A stretch of 64,000 nt of DNA from Mustelus asterias (lineage: Eukaryota): NCBI RefSeq assembly GCF_964213995.1, contig NW_027590138.1:1-64000 (forward strand). The letters are read 5' to 3'. Of this stretch, positions 1 through 11,826 are shown piece after piece; position 1 is the stretch's first letter; the number at the start of each line of letters is the position of its first letter. Both the position numbers and the translations under genes were made by a program. The notes under the pieces were generated by a model, which made no database searches, was not told the origin of the DNA, and saw only the letters and a list, made by a program, of their open reading frames with translations.

Positions 1-109
1 AGCTGACAATGATTCTGAAGGGTTTGCGGATCCACAAAGTGTTTCCAAATCCTCCCAGCCACCGCCTAACGCTGACTCCGCTTCTCCGGGACAAACAAGC
101 GCCAAGGAC

Positions 110-400
110 AGCAATGACACTGCGCATGCTCCACATCACAATGCCCGGGGATTGATTGACGGCAGCTCCGGACCAATAGGAAGAGGGGGCGGGACTGGAG
201 GACCGAGCGGGAGCGGCTGGTCCTCCAACCAATCGGAGTGAATGAGAGGCGGGACCTGAAGCATGCGCAGTGCGGGTGAACCAGATAAACCTGTTGGACT
301 TTAACCTGGTGTTGTTTGACTTGTTGCTGTGTTTACCCCAGTCCAACGCCGGCATCTCCACATCAGTGCGGGTAATGGCGACAGACGGCCGGTTTTAGTT
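110..400. promoter_or_regulatory. CpG-rich ZNF promoter module (NRF1, CCAAT, GC boxes); paralogue of 18145-18330
   Basis: ACTGCGCATGCT at ~119, CCAAT at ~173 and ~229, GGGGCGGG at ~185, GCATGCGCAGT at 261; near-identical to 18150-18320. Confidence 0.7.
281..363 (+). mobile_element. Short Penelope-type (family A) terminal fragment inserted in the promoter
   Basis: Matches the end of the family A repeat; flanked by CAGTGCGGGT at 268-277 and 364-373; absent from the paralogous promoter at ~18302. Confidence 0.8.
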
Positions 401-635
401 TGGAAGGGCGATCAATACGAGGTAGTGGGCGGCGTGCGGGGAATGATAAATGTGGCGGGTGGGTGGAGAGACTTTGTAAACATGTTGTTCAAACCCAAAC
501 CCCGGAAATGAACTTCCCGGTCCCCCCCTTTGTACCAAATGGAGCGGCAGCTTGTAGTGTTAGACCCGGGCTGACTGCCGCCATTGAGGCTGCATGTGGG
601 AGGCCGGCAGGGATTGTGATCGGAGAGTGAAGCCC

Positions 636-743
636 TGACGTCACAATGGAATGGGTGAGGGTGTGACGTCACAATGGAATGGGTGAGAGTGTGACGTCAC
701 AATGGAATGGGTGAGAGTGTGACGTCACAGTGGAATGGGTGAC
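636..743. repeat. 28-bp tandem repeat x4, each unit with a palindromic CRE (TGACGTCA)
   Basis: TGACGTCA at 636, 664, 692 and 720; unit TGACGTCACAATGGAATGGGTGAGAGTG. Confidence 0.9.
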
Positions 744-798
744 GGTTCCAGATGAGCTGAGACTGGGCTGGAGTCGGGCGATGGCACTGACATGTGTC

Positions 799-958
799 CC
801 GGTGGCACAGTGGTTAGTGCAGCTGCCTAACAGCGCCAGGGACCCGGGTTCAATTCCAGCCTCGGGTCACTGTCTGTGCAGAGTTTCTACATTCTCCCCG
901 TGTCTGTGTGGGTTTCCTCCGGATGTTCCGGTTTTCCTTCCACAGTCCAAAGATGTGC
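799..958 (+). mobile_element. HE1-like tRNA-derived V-SINE, 3'-truncated by a Penelope-type insertion
   Basis: A box GGTGGCACAGTGG, B box GGTTCAATTCC, V-domain GGGTTTCCTCCGG...CCACAGTCCAAAGATG. Confidence 0.85.
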
Positions 959-1337
959 CGGCGTTGGACTGGGGTAAGCACAGTAAGTAATCTCACAACA
1001 CCAGGTTAAAATCCAACAGGTTTATTTGGTAGCACAAGCCACAAGCTTTCAGAGCGCTGCCCCTTCATCAGGTGAGTGGGAGTTCTGTTCACAAACAGGG
1101 CATATAAAGACACAAACTCAATTTACAAGATAATGGTTGGAATACGAGTCTTTAAACGTAATCAAGTCTTAAAGGTACAGACAATGAGAGTGGAGAGAGG
1201 GTTAAGCACAGGTTAAAGAGATGTGTATTGTCTCCAGCCAGGACAGTTAGTGAGATTTTGCAAGCCCAGGCAAGTCGTGGGGGTTACAGATAGTGTGATA
1301 TGAACCCAAGATCCCGGTTGAGGCCGTCCTCATGTGT
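952..1337 (-). mobile_element. Penelope-like element (family A) 3' end/pLTR with hammerhead motif
   Basis: Colinear with 56815-57175, whose upstream part encodes a GIY-YIG C-terminus. Confidence 0.8.
1039..1075 (-). ncRNA. Minimal type I hammerhead ribozyme motif
   Basis: Minus strand UCAC-CUGAUGA-AGGGGC-AGC-GCUCU-GAAA-GCUU-GUGG: core boxes, stem II, stem I, NUH triplet CUU. Confidence 0.7.
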
Positions 1338-1589
1338 GATTGACAGATCCATGCTCACTGCTTCTTGCTCTGGATGCAGAGAGCTGAAAATTTCCATGCA
1401 GGCTGCCAGACAGATAAATGTCTGCATTACTGGAGTAAAAATGTGTGGAATATACAGACCGAATTCACTTCATTTCCTTCAGTTGCTGCAAGTCCCCAAC
1501 TTCCCCCAGAATGAGAAAAGAAATGGAAAGGGGGAAACATTGATTTCCTCCCAGATGTTGTCCGGAGGAGGGAGTTTCACTCTGAAGCT

Positions 1590-2050
1590 CATTGGACAAC
1601 TTCCGCATTGTGACGTCACAATAGAGTCCTGCCTGAATCAGCCAATAGGAATCACTCTGCTTCGCGGTGACGTCTCCGGGTTCCAGTGCTCAGGCCCGGG
1701 CGCGCGGACCCAGGAGCCCCGCCCCCACCCATTGTTCCCCTCCCCTACATCTCCTTGAACCAAGGTTTCCAGGCAACCGGCTGACGGCTCCGGCAAGAGC
1801 AAGAAGCCGCTCGGTGATCTCCCCCTCCCCCCGGCCCGGGACTGCAAAATGTGCGAGGGAGAGGGGAAGCTGCGCATGTGCGGGGGAGAACCCACCCTCT
1901 GATCTTCATGCTGAGGTGTTGACCAATGGGAAGAGTTGGAGGACCGGAAGGACTCTGGTCTTCCAGCCAATCAGAGCGCGGGCTTTGTGTGAATGAAGAT
2001 TGATTTTCAGACAGACTCAAACTTCCTCCTATCTCAAACATCTGTGAGTA
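1590..2050. promoter_or_regulatory. Second CpG promoter module with a plus-strand exon-1 donor; paralogue of 58650-59185
   Basis: ACTTCCG (Ets), TGACGTCA at ~1611, CCAAT at ~1642/1923/1967, TGCGCATGTGCG at 1871, donor CT|GTGAGT at ~2043. Confidence 0.65.
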
Positions 2051-2425
2051 AAACACTTTCTTTTCTCCCCCTTTCCATTTCTTTTCTCATTCTGGGGGGA
2101 AACTGGGGACTTGCAGCAACTGAAGGGAAAGGAAGTGAATCCAGGGAGGGTGCAGACTCTGGAAAGGTTGGTCCAGGTTTCTCTCTCTCTTAAACCCCAG
2201 AAAATGATCCATTTCTGCCCACTGTTTGCTATGAGCCAATCTTCTATCCACGCCAATATGTTCTCCCCGCAGCATGAATTTTTATTTGCTGCAATAACCT
2301 TTCATGTGGCACCTCATCAAATGTCTTCTGGAAATCTAAGTACAGCGCATCCACCGGTTTCCCTTTATCCAATTCCCGATGGGGAATTTTAGAAAATTGA
2401 ACAACACATCAACTCTCTCACTCTG

Positions 2426-3400
2426 TTAAGACCCGAGAATGAAGCCCAGCAGGACCTGAGGACTCATCAGCCCACAGCTCCAACAGTTTGCTGAGGACCA
2501 CTTCCCTGGGAATTGTGCTTTTTCAGAGTTCATCCCACACTTCTGTTTTCTGATTTCCAGCTGTTTCTGAGTTTTAACTCTATCCTCTATTGTGAACACC
2601 GAGGCAAAATACTTGTTCAATTCATCTCCCAGCTCCTTATTTTTCATTATCAATTCCTGGAATCACTTTCTATTAGACAGTTAAGAAATGAGGTGGAGCA
2701 AGTGACTGAAGTGTCAGTCAGGGAGCACTATTGGGAGCACCAATAGTTTCAAAATAGTTCTGGAAAAAGATAGGACAGGTCCACAAGTCAAGGCCCTAAA
2801 CTGGAGCAGGGCCACTTTTGTGGGCATTAGGCAGGATCGAGCAGATGTCGATTAGGTGAATTTGTTTGAAGGGAAAGGAATGACTGGCAATTGGGAGGTT
2901 TTGAAAGTGTGATATCAAGAGTCCAGGGGCAGTATATTCCTGTTAAGATGAAGGGAAAGAATGGTAAATTTAGGGATCTCTGGCAGACAAGGGACATTGA
3001 GGCTCTGGTCAGGTAAAAGAAGGAAGCATAGATTGGGTTTAGGCAATCGGGGACAAGTGAATTACTCTGACTATAAAAAGTGTAAGAAAATACTGAGGAG
3101 GGAAATCAGGAGGACAGAAAGAGGGTATGATATGGATCTGGCAGGTAAGATTAAAGAAAATTCCAAGAGGTTCTATAGCTATATTAAGAGTAAAAGGGTG
3201 GACAGAGAGAGAATAGATCCCCTTAAAAATCAGTATGGCCATCTGTGTGTGGAGCCACAGGAGATGGGTGAGATTTTTAATGAATACTTCTCCTCTGTGT
3301 TTTCTGCGGAGAGCACCATGGGTGCTAAAGAAATAAGGGAAACAAGTGATGATGTCTTGGACACACGCATGTTACTTGGGAGGAGGTATCTGCAGCCTTA
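2426..3400. mobile_element. Two CR1 ORF2 fragments in opposite orientation (minus 2426-2670, plus 2680-3400)
   Basis: Peptides ELNKYFASVFT and IKENSKRFYSYIKSKR...EMGEIFNEYFSSVF are typical of the CR1 EN-RT linker. Confidence 0.85.
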
Positions 3401-3536
3401 TAAAAGCAAATTACTGCGGATGCTGAAATCTGAAACCAAGAGAGAAAATGATGTTTCTTGTCTAGATGACCCTTTGTCAAAGCTCTGAAACATCAGTTCT
3501 TTTCTCTCCATACAGATGCTGCCAGACCTGCTGAGA
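3400..3536. mobile_element. Family B short element (inverted arrangement, hammerhead-like)
   Basis: AAAAGCAAATTACTGCGGATGCTG...GATGACCCTTTGTCAAAGCT followed by an inverted CAGATGCTGCCAGACCTGCTGAGA; a fuller copy lies at 19422-19610. Confidence 0.7.
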
Positions 3537-4022
3537 ATGGGGAGAGAGTGTGTGGGATGGAGTTTGACAGCTTTTGGGGAATGAGAGAGGAAAGAATGTT
3601 CCATAGAAATTGTCTGTTCTGAATTCCTATCCTGTACTGACACTGATGACTTTTGTAAACTCATTTTCCAGGATATTGAAAGAGGAATCACAGGCTGAAA
3701 TCTCAAACGTCACGTCGAGACGTGACAGAGTCATATTCCTTGGGAGCTGAATATCATCGGACTTTCAATCCAGAAGGAGAAATGATTGTCCAGTCTGTCG
3801 ATTTGAAAAGATTTGAAATGTCAGTGTGACTGAAAAAGCATCGACACACTGCCACACTTGAGTGAGAGTGTTCCAATGCACTGACTGAAGAGCTTTAACC
3901 AGTTACACAGTCTGAATAAATATCACACCATTCACAGCGGGGAGAGACTGTAATCTTGTTCTGTGTGTGGACGAAGTTTCAACTAATTGTCCACTCAAGA
4001 GAGAGGCATGGACACCTGCATC

Positions 4023-4781
4023 ATGGAGAAACCATGGAAATGTGCGGATTGTGGGAAGGGATACAGAGCCCCATCTAAGCTGGAAGTTCATCGGCGCAAC
4101 CACACTGGGGAGAGGCCATTCACCTGCTCTCAGTGTGGGAAGGGATTCACTCGGTTATCCCTCCTGCAGAGACACCAGCGAGTTCACACTGGAGAGAGGC
4201 CATTTACCTGCTCTCAATGTGGGAAGGGATTCAGTCAGTTATCCGACCTCCAGAGACACCAGCGAGTTCACACTGGGGAGAGACCGTTCACCTGCTCTCA
4301 GTGTAGGAAGGGATTCACTCAGTTATCCAGCCTGCAGACACACGAACGCGTTCACACTGGGGAGAGACCGTTCACCTGCTCTCAGTGTGGGAAGGGATTC
4401 ACTCAGTTATCCAGCCTGCAGACACACGAACAAGTTCACACTGGGGAGAAACCATTCACCTGCTCTGAGTGTGGGAAGGGATTCACTAACTCATCTGACC
4501 TGCAGACACACCAGCGAGTTCACACAGGGGAGAAACCATTCATCTGCTCTGAGTGTGGGAAGGGATTCACTAACTCATCTGACCTGCAGACACACCAGCG
4601 AGTTCACACAGGGGAGAGGCCGTTCACCTGCTCTCAGTGTGGGGAGGGATTCACTCAGTCATCCAACTTGCAGAGACACCAGCGCATTCACACTGGGGAG
4701 AGACCATTCACCTGCTCTCAGTGTGGGAAGGGATTCAGAGTTTCATCCCACCTGCTGAGACACCAAGAAGTTCACGAGTGA
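4023..4781 (+). CDS. C2H2 zinc-finger protein, 9 fingers, MEKPWKC class (ZNF-A)
   Basis: Nine CxxC-x12-HxxxH units with TGE(R/K)PF linkers; ATG at 4023 (alternative in-frame ATG at 4008); splice acceptor TTTTCCAG at 3671. Confidence 0.88.
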   Translation: MEKPWKCADCGKGYRAPSKLEVHRRNHTGERPFTCSQCGKGFTRLSLLQRHQRVHTGERPFTCSQCGKGFSQLSDLQRHQRVHTGERPFTCSQCRKGFTQLSSLQTHERVHTGERPFTCSQCGKGFTQLSSLQTHEQVHTGEKPFTCSECGKGFTNSSDLQTHQRVHTGEKPFICSECGKGFTNSSDLQTHQRVHTGERPFTCSQCGEGFTQSSNLQRHQRIHTGERPFTCSQCGKGFRVSSHLLRHQEVHE

Positions 4782-5008
4782 TTCCAGGGGTTGGATTCTG
4801 CTGTTATTGTTTCTGCTCTCAATTACATCCAGGACTGCATTTTGTTCGTTCTCACAGTTGGTCAATGGGGAGGGTCGGGGGGTTTCTTTCTGCTGGACTG
4901 GCCGGTCTCATGACTTTGCCTCCAGTGGGCTGATGCTCTTTGAGTCTTGTTGCAAATACCTGGTTTCAGATTTCACAAGGATCACAGAGTGACAGGGTGT
5001 TAGGAAGT

Positions 5009-5280
5009 TATAGAGGTTTACAACATGGAAACAGGCCCTTCGGCCCAACTTGTCCATGCCGCTCAGTTTTTACCACTAAGCAAGTCCCAATTGCCCGTAT
5101 TTGGCCCATATCCCTCTGTACCCATCTTACCATGTAACTGTCTAAATGCTTTTTAAAAGACAGAATTGCACCCACCTCTACCACTGCCTCTGGCAACTCA
5201 TTCCAGACACTCACCACGACCTGAGTGAAAAACTGCCCCTCTGGACCCTTTTGTATCTCTCTCCTCTCACTTTAAACCTA
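5009..5280 (-). mobile_element. CR1/HER1-type LINE 3' end
   Basis: VVSVWNELPEAVVE...FKKHLDSYM peptide plus the GGGCCGAAGGGCCTGTTTCC tail. Confidence 0.85.
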
Positions 5281-5359
5281 AAACTAAGAACAAGAAATGT
5301 ATCGATAAAATGATTAGAGAACAGAGCCAACATTTTGAGTCTGAATGATGCTTCATAAG

Positions 5360-5487
5360 AGCTGTTATGAAGGGTCATCCATTATCGAAACTTTGGCTCC
5401 ATTCTTCACAGATGCTGTCAGACCCGCTGAGATTTTCCAGCATTTTCTGTTTTTGTTTCAGATTCCAGCATCCGCAGTATTTTACTT
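5360..5487 (+). mobile_element. Family B short element, degenerate
   Basis: GAAGGGTCATCC...CGAAAC...CAGATGCTGTCAGACCCGCTGAGATTTTCCAGCA...GATTCCAGCATCCGCAGTA. Confidence 0.65.
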
Positions 5488-5879
5488 ATCTGATAATTTG
5501 ATTTGGTCTGAGTGGAATCCCCACGACCCTCCCGCAAAACAGAGGGAGTGGTGGCAAAGGGAGAAAAAGGATAAGGATGATAAAGTCTGGGTTCTGATTC
5601 TCCGAGCCCATGTAGAATCAACAAAACCAGTGAACCAGTCTATAAAGAACGGAAGTTACCTATCCCTAACAAAAACTGATCAAATAAAAATAATTAGGTT
5701 GAGGAAGAGAACAAAAGAATTAATAGATTAAGTTTAAAATCAACTTTATTTTGTTGTTGGACAAGTTTTTAAAAATTATGTAAAGTGATGTAATTGTGTG
5801 CCAAGTGTTTTCTGCTCACTCCCCACCCCTTTAGATTCTGTAGAAAAGTTAACCCTTTCAGCAGACAGTTCATTTAGTG

Positions 5880-8820
5880 ATAGAGGTTTCCAGCTTGGAA
5901 ACGGGCCCTTCTGCCCAACTTGTCCATGCCGCCCCTTTTTTAACCCCTGTGCTAGTCCCAATTGCCCACGTTTGGCCCATATCCCTCGACACCCATCTTA
6001 CCCATGTAACTGTCTAAACGCTTTTTAAAAGACAAAATTGTACCCGCCTCTACTACTAGCTCTGGCACCTTTTTTCAGACACTCACCACCCTCTGTGTGA
6101 AACAAATGCCCCTCTGGATCCTTCTGTGTCTCTCCCCTCTCACCTTAAACCTATGCCCTCTAGTTTTAGACTCCCCTACCTTTGGGAAAAGATGTTGACT
6201 ATCTCGCTGATCTATGCCCCTCATTATTTTATAGACCTCTATAAGATCACTACAAAGCCTCCTACATTCCAGGGAAAAAAATCCCAGTCTATCCAGCCTC
6301 TCTTTATAACTCAAACCACCAAGTCCCGGTAGCATCCCAGTAAATCTTTTCTGCACTCTTTCTGGTTTAATAATATGCTTTCTATAATAGGGTGACCAGA
6401 ACTGTACACAGTATTCCAAGTGTGGCCTTACCAATGTCTTGTACAACTTCAACAAGACGTCCCAACTCCTGTATTCAATGTTCTGACCAACATGCAGAAT
6501 GCCTTCTTCACCACTCTGTCCACCTGCAACTCCATTTTCAAGGAGCTATGAACCTGTACCCCTAGATCTCTGTTCTGTAACTCTCCCCAACACACTACCA
6601 TTAACTGAGTAAGTCCTGCCCTGGTTCGATCGCCCAAAATGTATCACCTCGCATTTATCTGAATTAAACTCCATCTGCCATTTGTCAGTCCACTGGCCCC
6701 TCATTATTTTATAGACCTCTATAAGTTCACCCCTCAGCCTCCTACATTCCAGGGAAAAAAGTCCCAGTCTATCCAGCCTCTCTTTATAACTCAAACCACC
6801 AAGTCCCGGTAGCATCCGAGTAAATCTTTTCTGCACTCTTTCCAGTTTAATAATATGCTTTCTATAATAGGGTGACCAGAACTGTACACAGTATTCCAAG
6901 TGTGGCCTTACCTATGTCTTGTACAACTTCAACAAGACGTCCCAACAAGATCATGCTACAATCCTAGATAACCTTCTTCACTGTCCACGATACCACCAAC
7001 CTTGGTGTCATCTGAAAACTTACTTACCATGCCTCCTACATTCTCATCCAAATCATTAATATAAATGACAAATAACAGTGGACCCAGCACCGATCCTTGA
7101 GGCACACCGCTGGTCACAGGCTCCAGTTTGAAAAACAACCTTCTACAACCACCCTCTGTCTTCTGTCATCAAGCCAGTTTTGTATCCATTTGGCGAACTC
7201 ACCCTGGATTCCATTAGATTTAACCTTAAGCAACAATCTACCATGCGGTACCTTGTCAAAGGCCTTGCTAAAGTCCATGTAGACAGCATCACCTGTACTG
7301 CCCTCATCTACCTTCTTGGTTACCCCTTCAAAAAACTCAATCAAATTTGTGAGACATGATTTTCCACTCACAAAGCCATGCTGACCGTCCCTAATCAGTC
7401 CCTGCATCTCTAAATGCCTGTAGATCCTGTCTCTCAAATACCTTCTGACAACTTACAGATGTGAATCACACCGGCCTGTAGTTCCCAGGCTTTTGCCTGC
7501 AGCCCTTTTTAAACAAAGGCTCAACATTTGCCACCCTCCAATCTTCAGGCACCTCACCTGTGACTATCAATGATTCAAATATCTCTGCTCGGAGACCCGC
7601 AATTTCCTCTCTAGCCTCCCACAGTGTTCTGGGATACACTTCATCAGGTCCCGGGGATTTATCTACCTTGATGCGCTTTATGACTTCCAGCACCTCCTTC
7701 TCTGTTATAAGTACACTCCTCAAGACATCACTTTATTTCCCCAAGTTCCCTAACATCCATGCTTTTCTCAACAATAAATAATGATGAAAAATATTCATTT
7801 ATGATCTCACCCATCTCTTGTGGATCGGCACATAGATGTCCTTGTTGATCCTTAAGAGGCCCTACTCTCTCCCGAGTTACTCTTTGGCCCTTTATGTATT
7901 TATAGAACCTCTTTGGATTCTCCTTTGCCTCATCTGCCAAAACAATCTCGTGTCCCCTTTTTGTCCTCCTGATTTCTCTCTTAATTCTACTCCTACACCC
8001 TCTATACTCTTCAAGGGATCCACTTGATCCCAGCTGCCTATGCATGTCATGTGCCTCCTTCTTCTTCTTGACCAGGGCCTCAATATCTTGAGTCAACCAG
8101 GGTTCTCGACTTCTACCAGCCTTGCCCATCACTCTAAGAGCAATGTGCTTACACTGAACCCTGGTTAAAACACTTTTGAAAGCCTCCCACTTACCAGACG
8201 TCCCTTTGCCTTCCCACAGACTCTCCCAGTTAACTGTCGAAAGTTCCTGCCTGATACCATCAACATTGGCCTTGCCCTAATTTAGAATTTTAACTTTTGG
8301 ACCTGACCAATCATTTTCCATAGGTATCTTAAAACTGATGGAATTATGGTCACTGGTCCCAAAGTGATCCCTCACGAACACTTTTGTCACCTGCCCTTCC
8401 TTATTTCCCAAGAGGAGGTCAGGTTTTGCCCCTCTCTAGTCGGGCCATCCACATACTGAATAAAAAATTCCTCCTGAATACACTCAACAAATTTCTCCCC
8501 ATCCAAGCCTCGAATACTATGTCTGTCCCAGTCAATGTTGGGAAAGTTAAAATCCCCGACTATTACCACCCTATTTTTCTTGGAACTATCTGTAATCTCC
8601 TTACATATTTGCTCCTCAATTTTCCACCGACTATTTGGGGGCCTATAGTACAACCCTATCAAAGTGATTTCCCCCTTCTTCTTTCTCAGTTCACCCCTTT
8701 TGACTCAGTAGGCGAACCCTCGGATATATCCCCTCTCAGTACTGCCGTGATGTTTTCCTGAATCAAAAGTGCAACTCCCCCTCCTTTCTTTCCTCCTGTT
8801 CTGTCTTTCCTCTGGCATCT
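5880..8820 (-). mobile_element. Degenerate CR1 LINE ORF2 (APE endonuclease, RT, 3' tail) with an internal ~250-bp duplication
   Basis: Frameshifted ORFs with [63 protein letters not shown]; 6216-6466 is repeated at 6696-6946. Confidence 0.92.
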
Positions 8821-8839
8821 TGTTTTTAACTTGTTTTTA

Positions 8840-9110
8840 AATCGCCCAGAAACTCGTGTCTATTTTAGTTTATAATTGTGGATTTATTGGAGCCAGTTAA
8901 ATGTGGAAATTTTAAGCGTAGCCTGGAGGAATTTGGAATAACTATGAGAATTTTATTGTGTTGTCACCTCAACCCCAGATAAAGAACAAAGAGTTTGCAG
9001 GTGGTAACGTGTTTGGGATTTTAAATCAACAAAGATTAGATGTTGCCGATAAAATCAGGCCTTGGAAGTTGGCTGAAAAAGGGTTAAGTTACAATGAAGG
9101 ATCTTGCATC
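8840..9110. repeat. Unclassified interspersed repeat (possibly LTR-derived), second copy at 22780-23020
   Basis: Shared blocks TAGCCTGGAGGAATTTGGAATAACT, CCCCAGATAAAGAACAAAGA and GTAACGTGTTTGGGATTTTAAATCAACAAAGAT. Confidence 0.6.
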
Positions 9111-10276
9111 TTATTTTAATCAAGGAGTTGTGAGTTTGTAGTGCTCTGTCGCTTTAAGAAGCTACAGCTGCGAGAGAGAATGCTGAGGATTCATTGTTTG
9201 AAATTTACGAGCTGTGAGAATCTGTGTGTTTTGTTTGTTTTATGTGGATGTTTGTAGATGTGTTTTATCATTGTTTTGGGCTACATTTGTTAAGGTTTAT
9301 CTTTCTGGGGAATTAACCTTACCTTGAGTCTTTAATTAAAGGCATTTTTGGGAGTTTAAAAACAGGATCACAAGAACGCTTAAGTAATTAATTTTGGTTA
9401 TTGTTGTTGTAAAGCACATGCTAAGTTTCTCTGTTTGTGTATGGATGATATTTGTGGGTTGAACGCTTTAAGCTTTGAGGTTTTCTGTCTGTGATTTAAA
9501 TCAAACAGATTTTTAAAAAGGAAGTGTAATTAATAAAGCTTTTTTTTCAAAAGTTATGAACTTGGAGCCATATTTACTGGACAGAGACAGGATTCCAGGA
9601 TATTTCACTAAACATGCGGGAATTTTAATCCGGATACAATTCACTCATGAGAATGAGTTTTAATTTGTAATGGTTATTTAAAATTTGGGACATGTGAAAT
9701 GATTCTGACCAATCCTGTGTTGGATTGATCTTGGGTTAAACTTCCTGTCAGGTCCAAAGACACAATTAACACAATGAAAAGGAAAATTCTGGAATTGGAT
9801 ACTGAAGAAAAGAGTTTAAAAGGAGAGATTATTAAATAGAAATGATTCCCAGACCGTGTGGTCGTTAGGTTGGAACAAAGGAAGAGTGCTGACATCCATT
9901 TGAAAACTTTTAATCCACCCCTTTTCAAACTCAGTCTATGTACAAAGAAAACCCCAAGGATGGTAGATAAGGGGTTCTGGAAAACATCATGATGGGGGCA
10001 CCTATCTGTTCATGAGATGATCACAAAGCCCCATGATGTCCAAATACTAATTTCATTGGACCTTTCTGTAATGTGTGTAATCTATCACCATTCTGATTGG
10101 ATTGTGTCCAGCCGGGATGAGCTGAGTAACTGGATAAGAATTGATTATTTTCTTTGTTGGATGGAGTTACACATGGTCAGCCCCTGTGGCTTCTCCCCGC
10201 TGGCGTAACTCAATAAACTATTTGTTGAATCAGGTTTAAGTGTTGAATGATTCTTCTGAGTTCATTCACCCCAACA

Positions 10277-10435
10277 CACTGGGTACATTACCACTTCATC
10301 CTTGGGAGTGGCCTGATAGGCCGTGGTCCAGACTACATGTGGCCTTTGGGGGGCCTTTCATGAATCACATGTGTTTGCTTGTTGTAGATGCGCATTCAAA
10401 ATGCTTGGAAGCACAGATCATGAGTAATATTACAG
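10277..10435 (+). mobile_element. Ty3/Gypsy integrase core fragment
   Basis: PLHPWEWPDRPWSRLHV(A)FGGPFMNHMCLLVVDAHSK resembles the start of the Gypsy rve domain; the first catalytic D is mutated. Confidence 0.8.
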
Positions 10436-11094
10436 GGCAATTAGGACTAGCTTAGTGGTAAAAACTGGGCGGCATGGACAAGTTGGGCCGAAGGGCCTGT
10501 TTTCATGCTGTAAACCTCTATGACTCTAACTACCTTTTTTGTGGCCTGAAGTTCCCACAATTGGAAAGCAGCCAGATTAGTTAAATAGACAGCATTAATT
10601 GTAAGACAATTAAATAATAAATGATTCATTAATATATATGTTATGAAGGCTGGAAATGTAAATTTGAACACAAGTTTATAACTTTTAGAATTATAAACAC
10701 ATTAAGAATGGTTAAAATGCTGTGGGAATTATCAGATGTTCCCTTCTCATGCTGACAGAATAAAGAAAGATGAAAGGACTTGTTAACCTTGACTGGAGGG
10801 AATGAATCGGCTCCTGTTCAAGATGTCTCAACATTGAATGACTGATGTGAACCAATTATTGGTTGACACTCAGGCTACCCCAAGCTAAGAGATATCGTTT
10901 GAGAGAAAGAATTGTCTTAAAATTAAGACAACGTGTGCAATTAGCTAAAAACCAAACCAATGTCATTATTGACAAGTTATCGACCAATTGGCTAATTCCC
11001 AACAATTAGCTGAGGATGGCTTTCTACATTTTGAAAGTATAAAAAGGGGGATTCGAGAAACCAATTTGGTAGAAGTTTTTAAAAGTTAACTTTG

Positions 11095-11640
11095 TTTATA
11101 GTTTGTTTATTAGTGTCACACATAGGCTTACATTAACATTGCAATGAAGTTACTCTGAAAATACCCCAGTCGCCACAATCTGGCGCCTGTTTGAGTAAAC
11201 TGAGGGAGAATTTCGCATGGCCAATGTACCCAACCAGCACGTCTTTTTGACTGTGGGAGGAAACTGGAGCACCCGGAGGAAACCTGCACTTTACTGTTCA
11301 AAAATCTATCTATCCTTGCCTTAAAAACATTCAATGAGGCAGCCTCAACTGCTTCACTGGGCAGGGAATTCCACAGATTCACAACCCTTTCTGTGAAGAA
11401 GTTCCTCCTCAACTCAGTCCTAAATCTGCTTCCCTTATTTTGAGGCTGTGTCTCCTAGTTGTAGGTTAGGGGGATGAGCAGGGTAAATACTTGGGGTTAT
11501 GGGACAGGTCTGGATGGGATTGCCCTGTGTGTCAGGGGGATTATATGAGGTTACAAGGATTAGGCCTGCGTGGGATTGTTATCAGTGCAGACCTGATGGG
11601 CCAAATGGCCTCCTTCTGCACTGAAAGGATTCTATGATTT
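11095..11640. mobile_element. Composite of an HE1-like SINE (minus), a CR1 3' fragment (minus) and a SINE tail (plus)
   Basis: V-domain GACTGTGGGAGGAAACTGGAGCACCCGG; peptide RRNFFTERVVNLWNSLP; tail GATGGGCCAAATGGCCTCCTTCTGCACTG. Confidence 0.75.
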
Positions 11641-11763
11641 CAGAGAATTGTGAAATTGGAGATTACTGAGATAGGGAGGGATAAGGTCATGGAGGAATTT
11701 GAAAATAAGGATGTGAATTTTAAAATTGAAACATGACTTGACTTAAAGCCGATGTAGGCTTTA

Positions 11764-11826
11764 TGGATGAATAGGATTTGGATGAATAGGATTTGGATGA
11801 ATAGGATTTGGATGAATAGGATTTGG
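11764..11826. repeat. 15-bp tandem repeat x4
   Basis: (TGGATGAATAGGATT)4. Confidence 0.9.

Noticed and set aside
799-870. tRNA-like A/B boxes here and at other SINE heads
   Set aside because: They continue into V-domain and LINE tails, so they are SINE heads and not tRNA genes
3967-4758. Alternative-frame ORFs with [11 protein letters not shown] repeats (also 20035, 40825, 62303) and antisense ORFs over ZNF exons
   Set aside because: Shadow frames of repetitive zinc-finger codons, a known artefact
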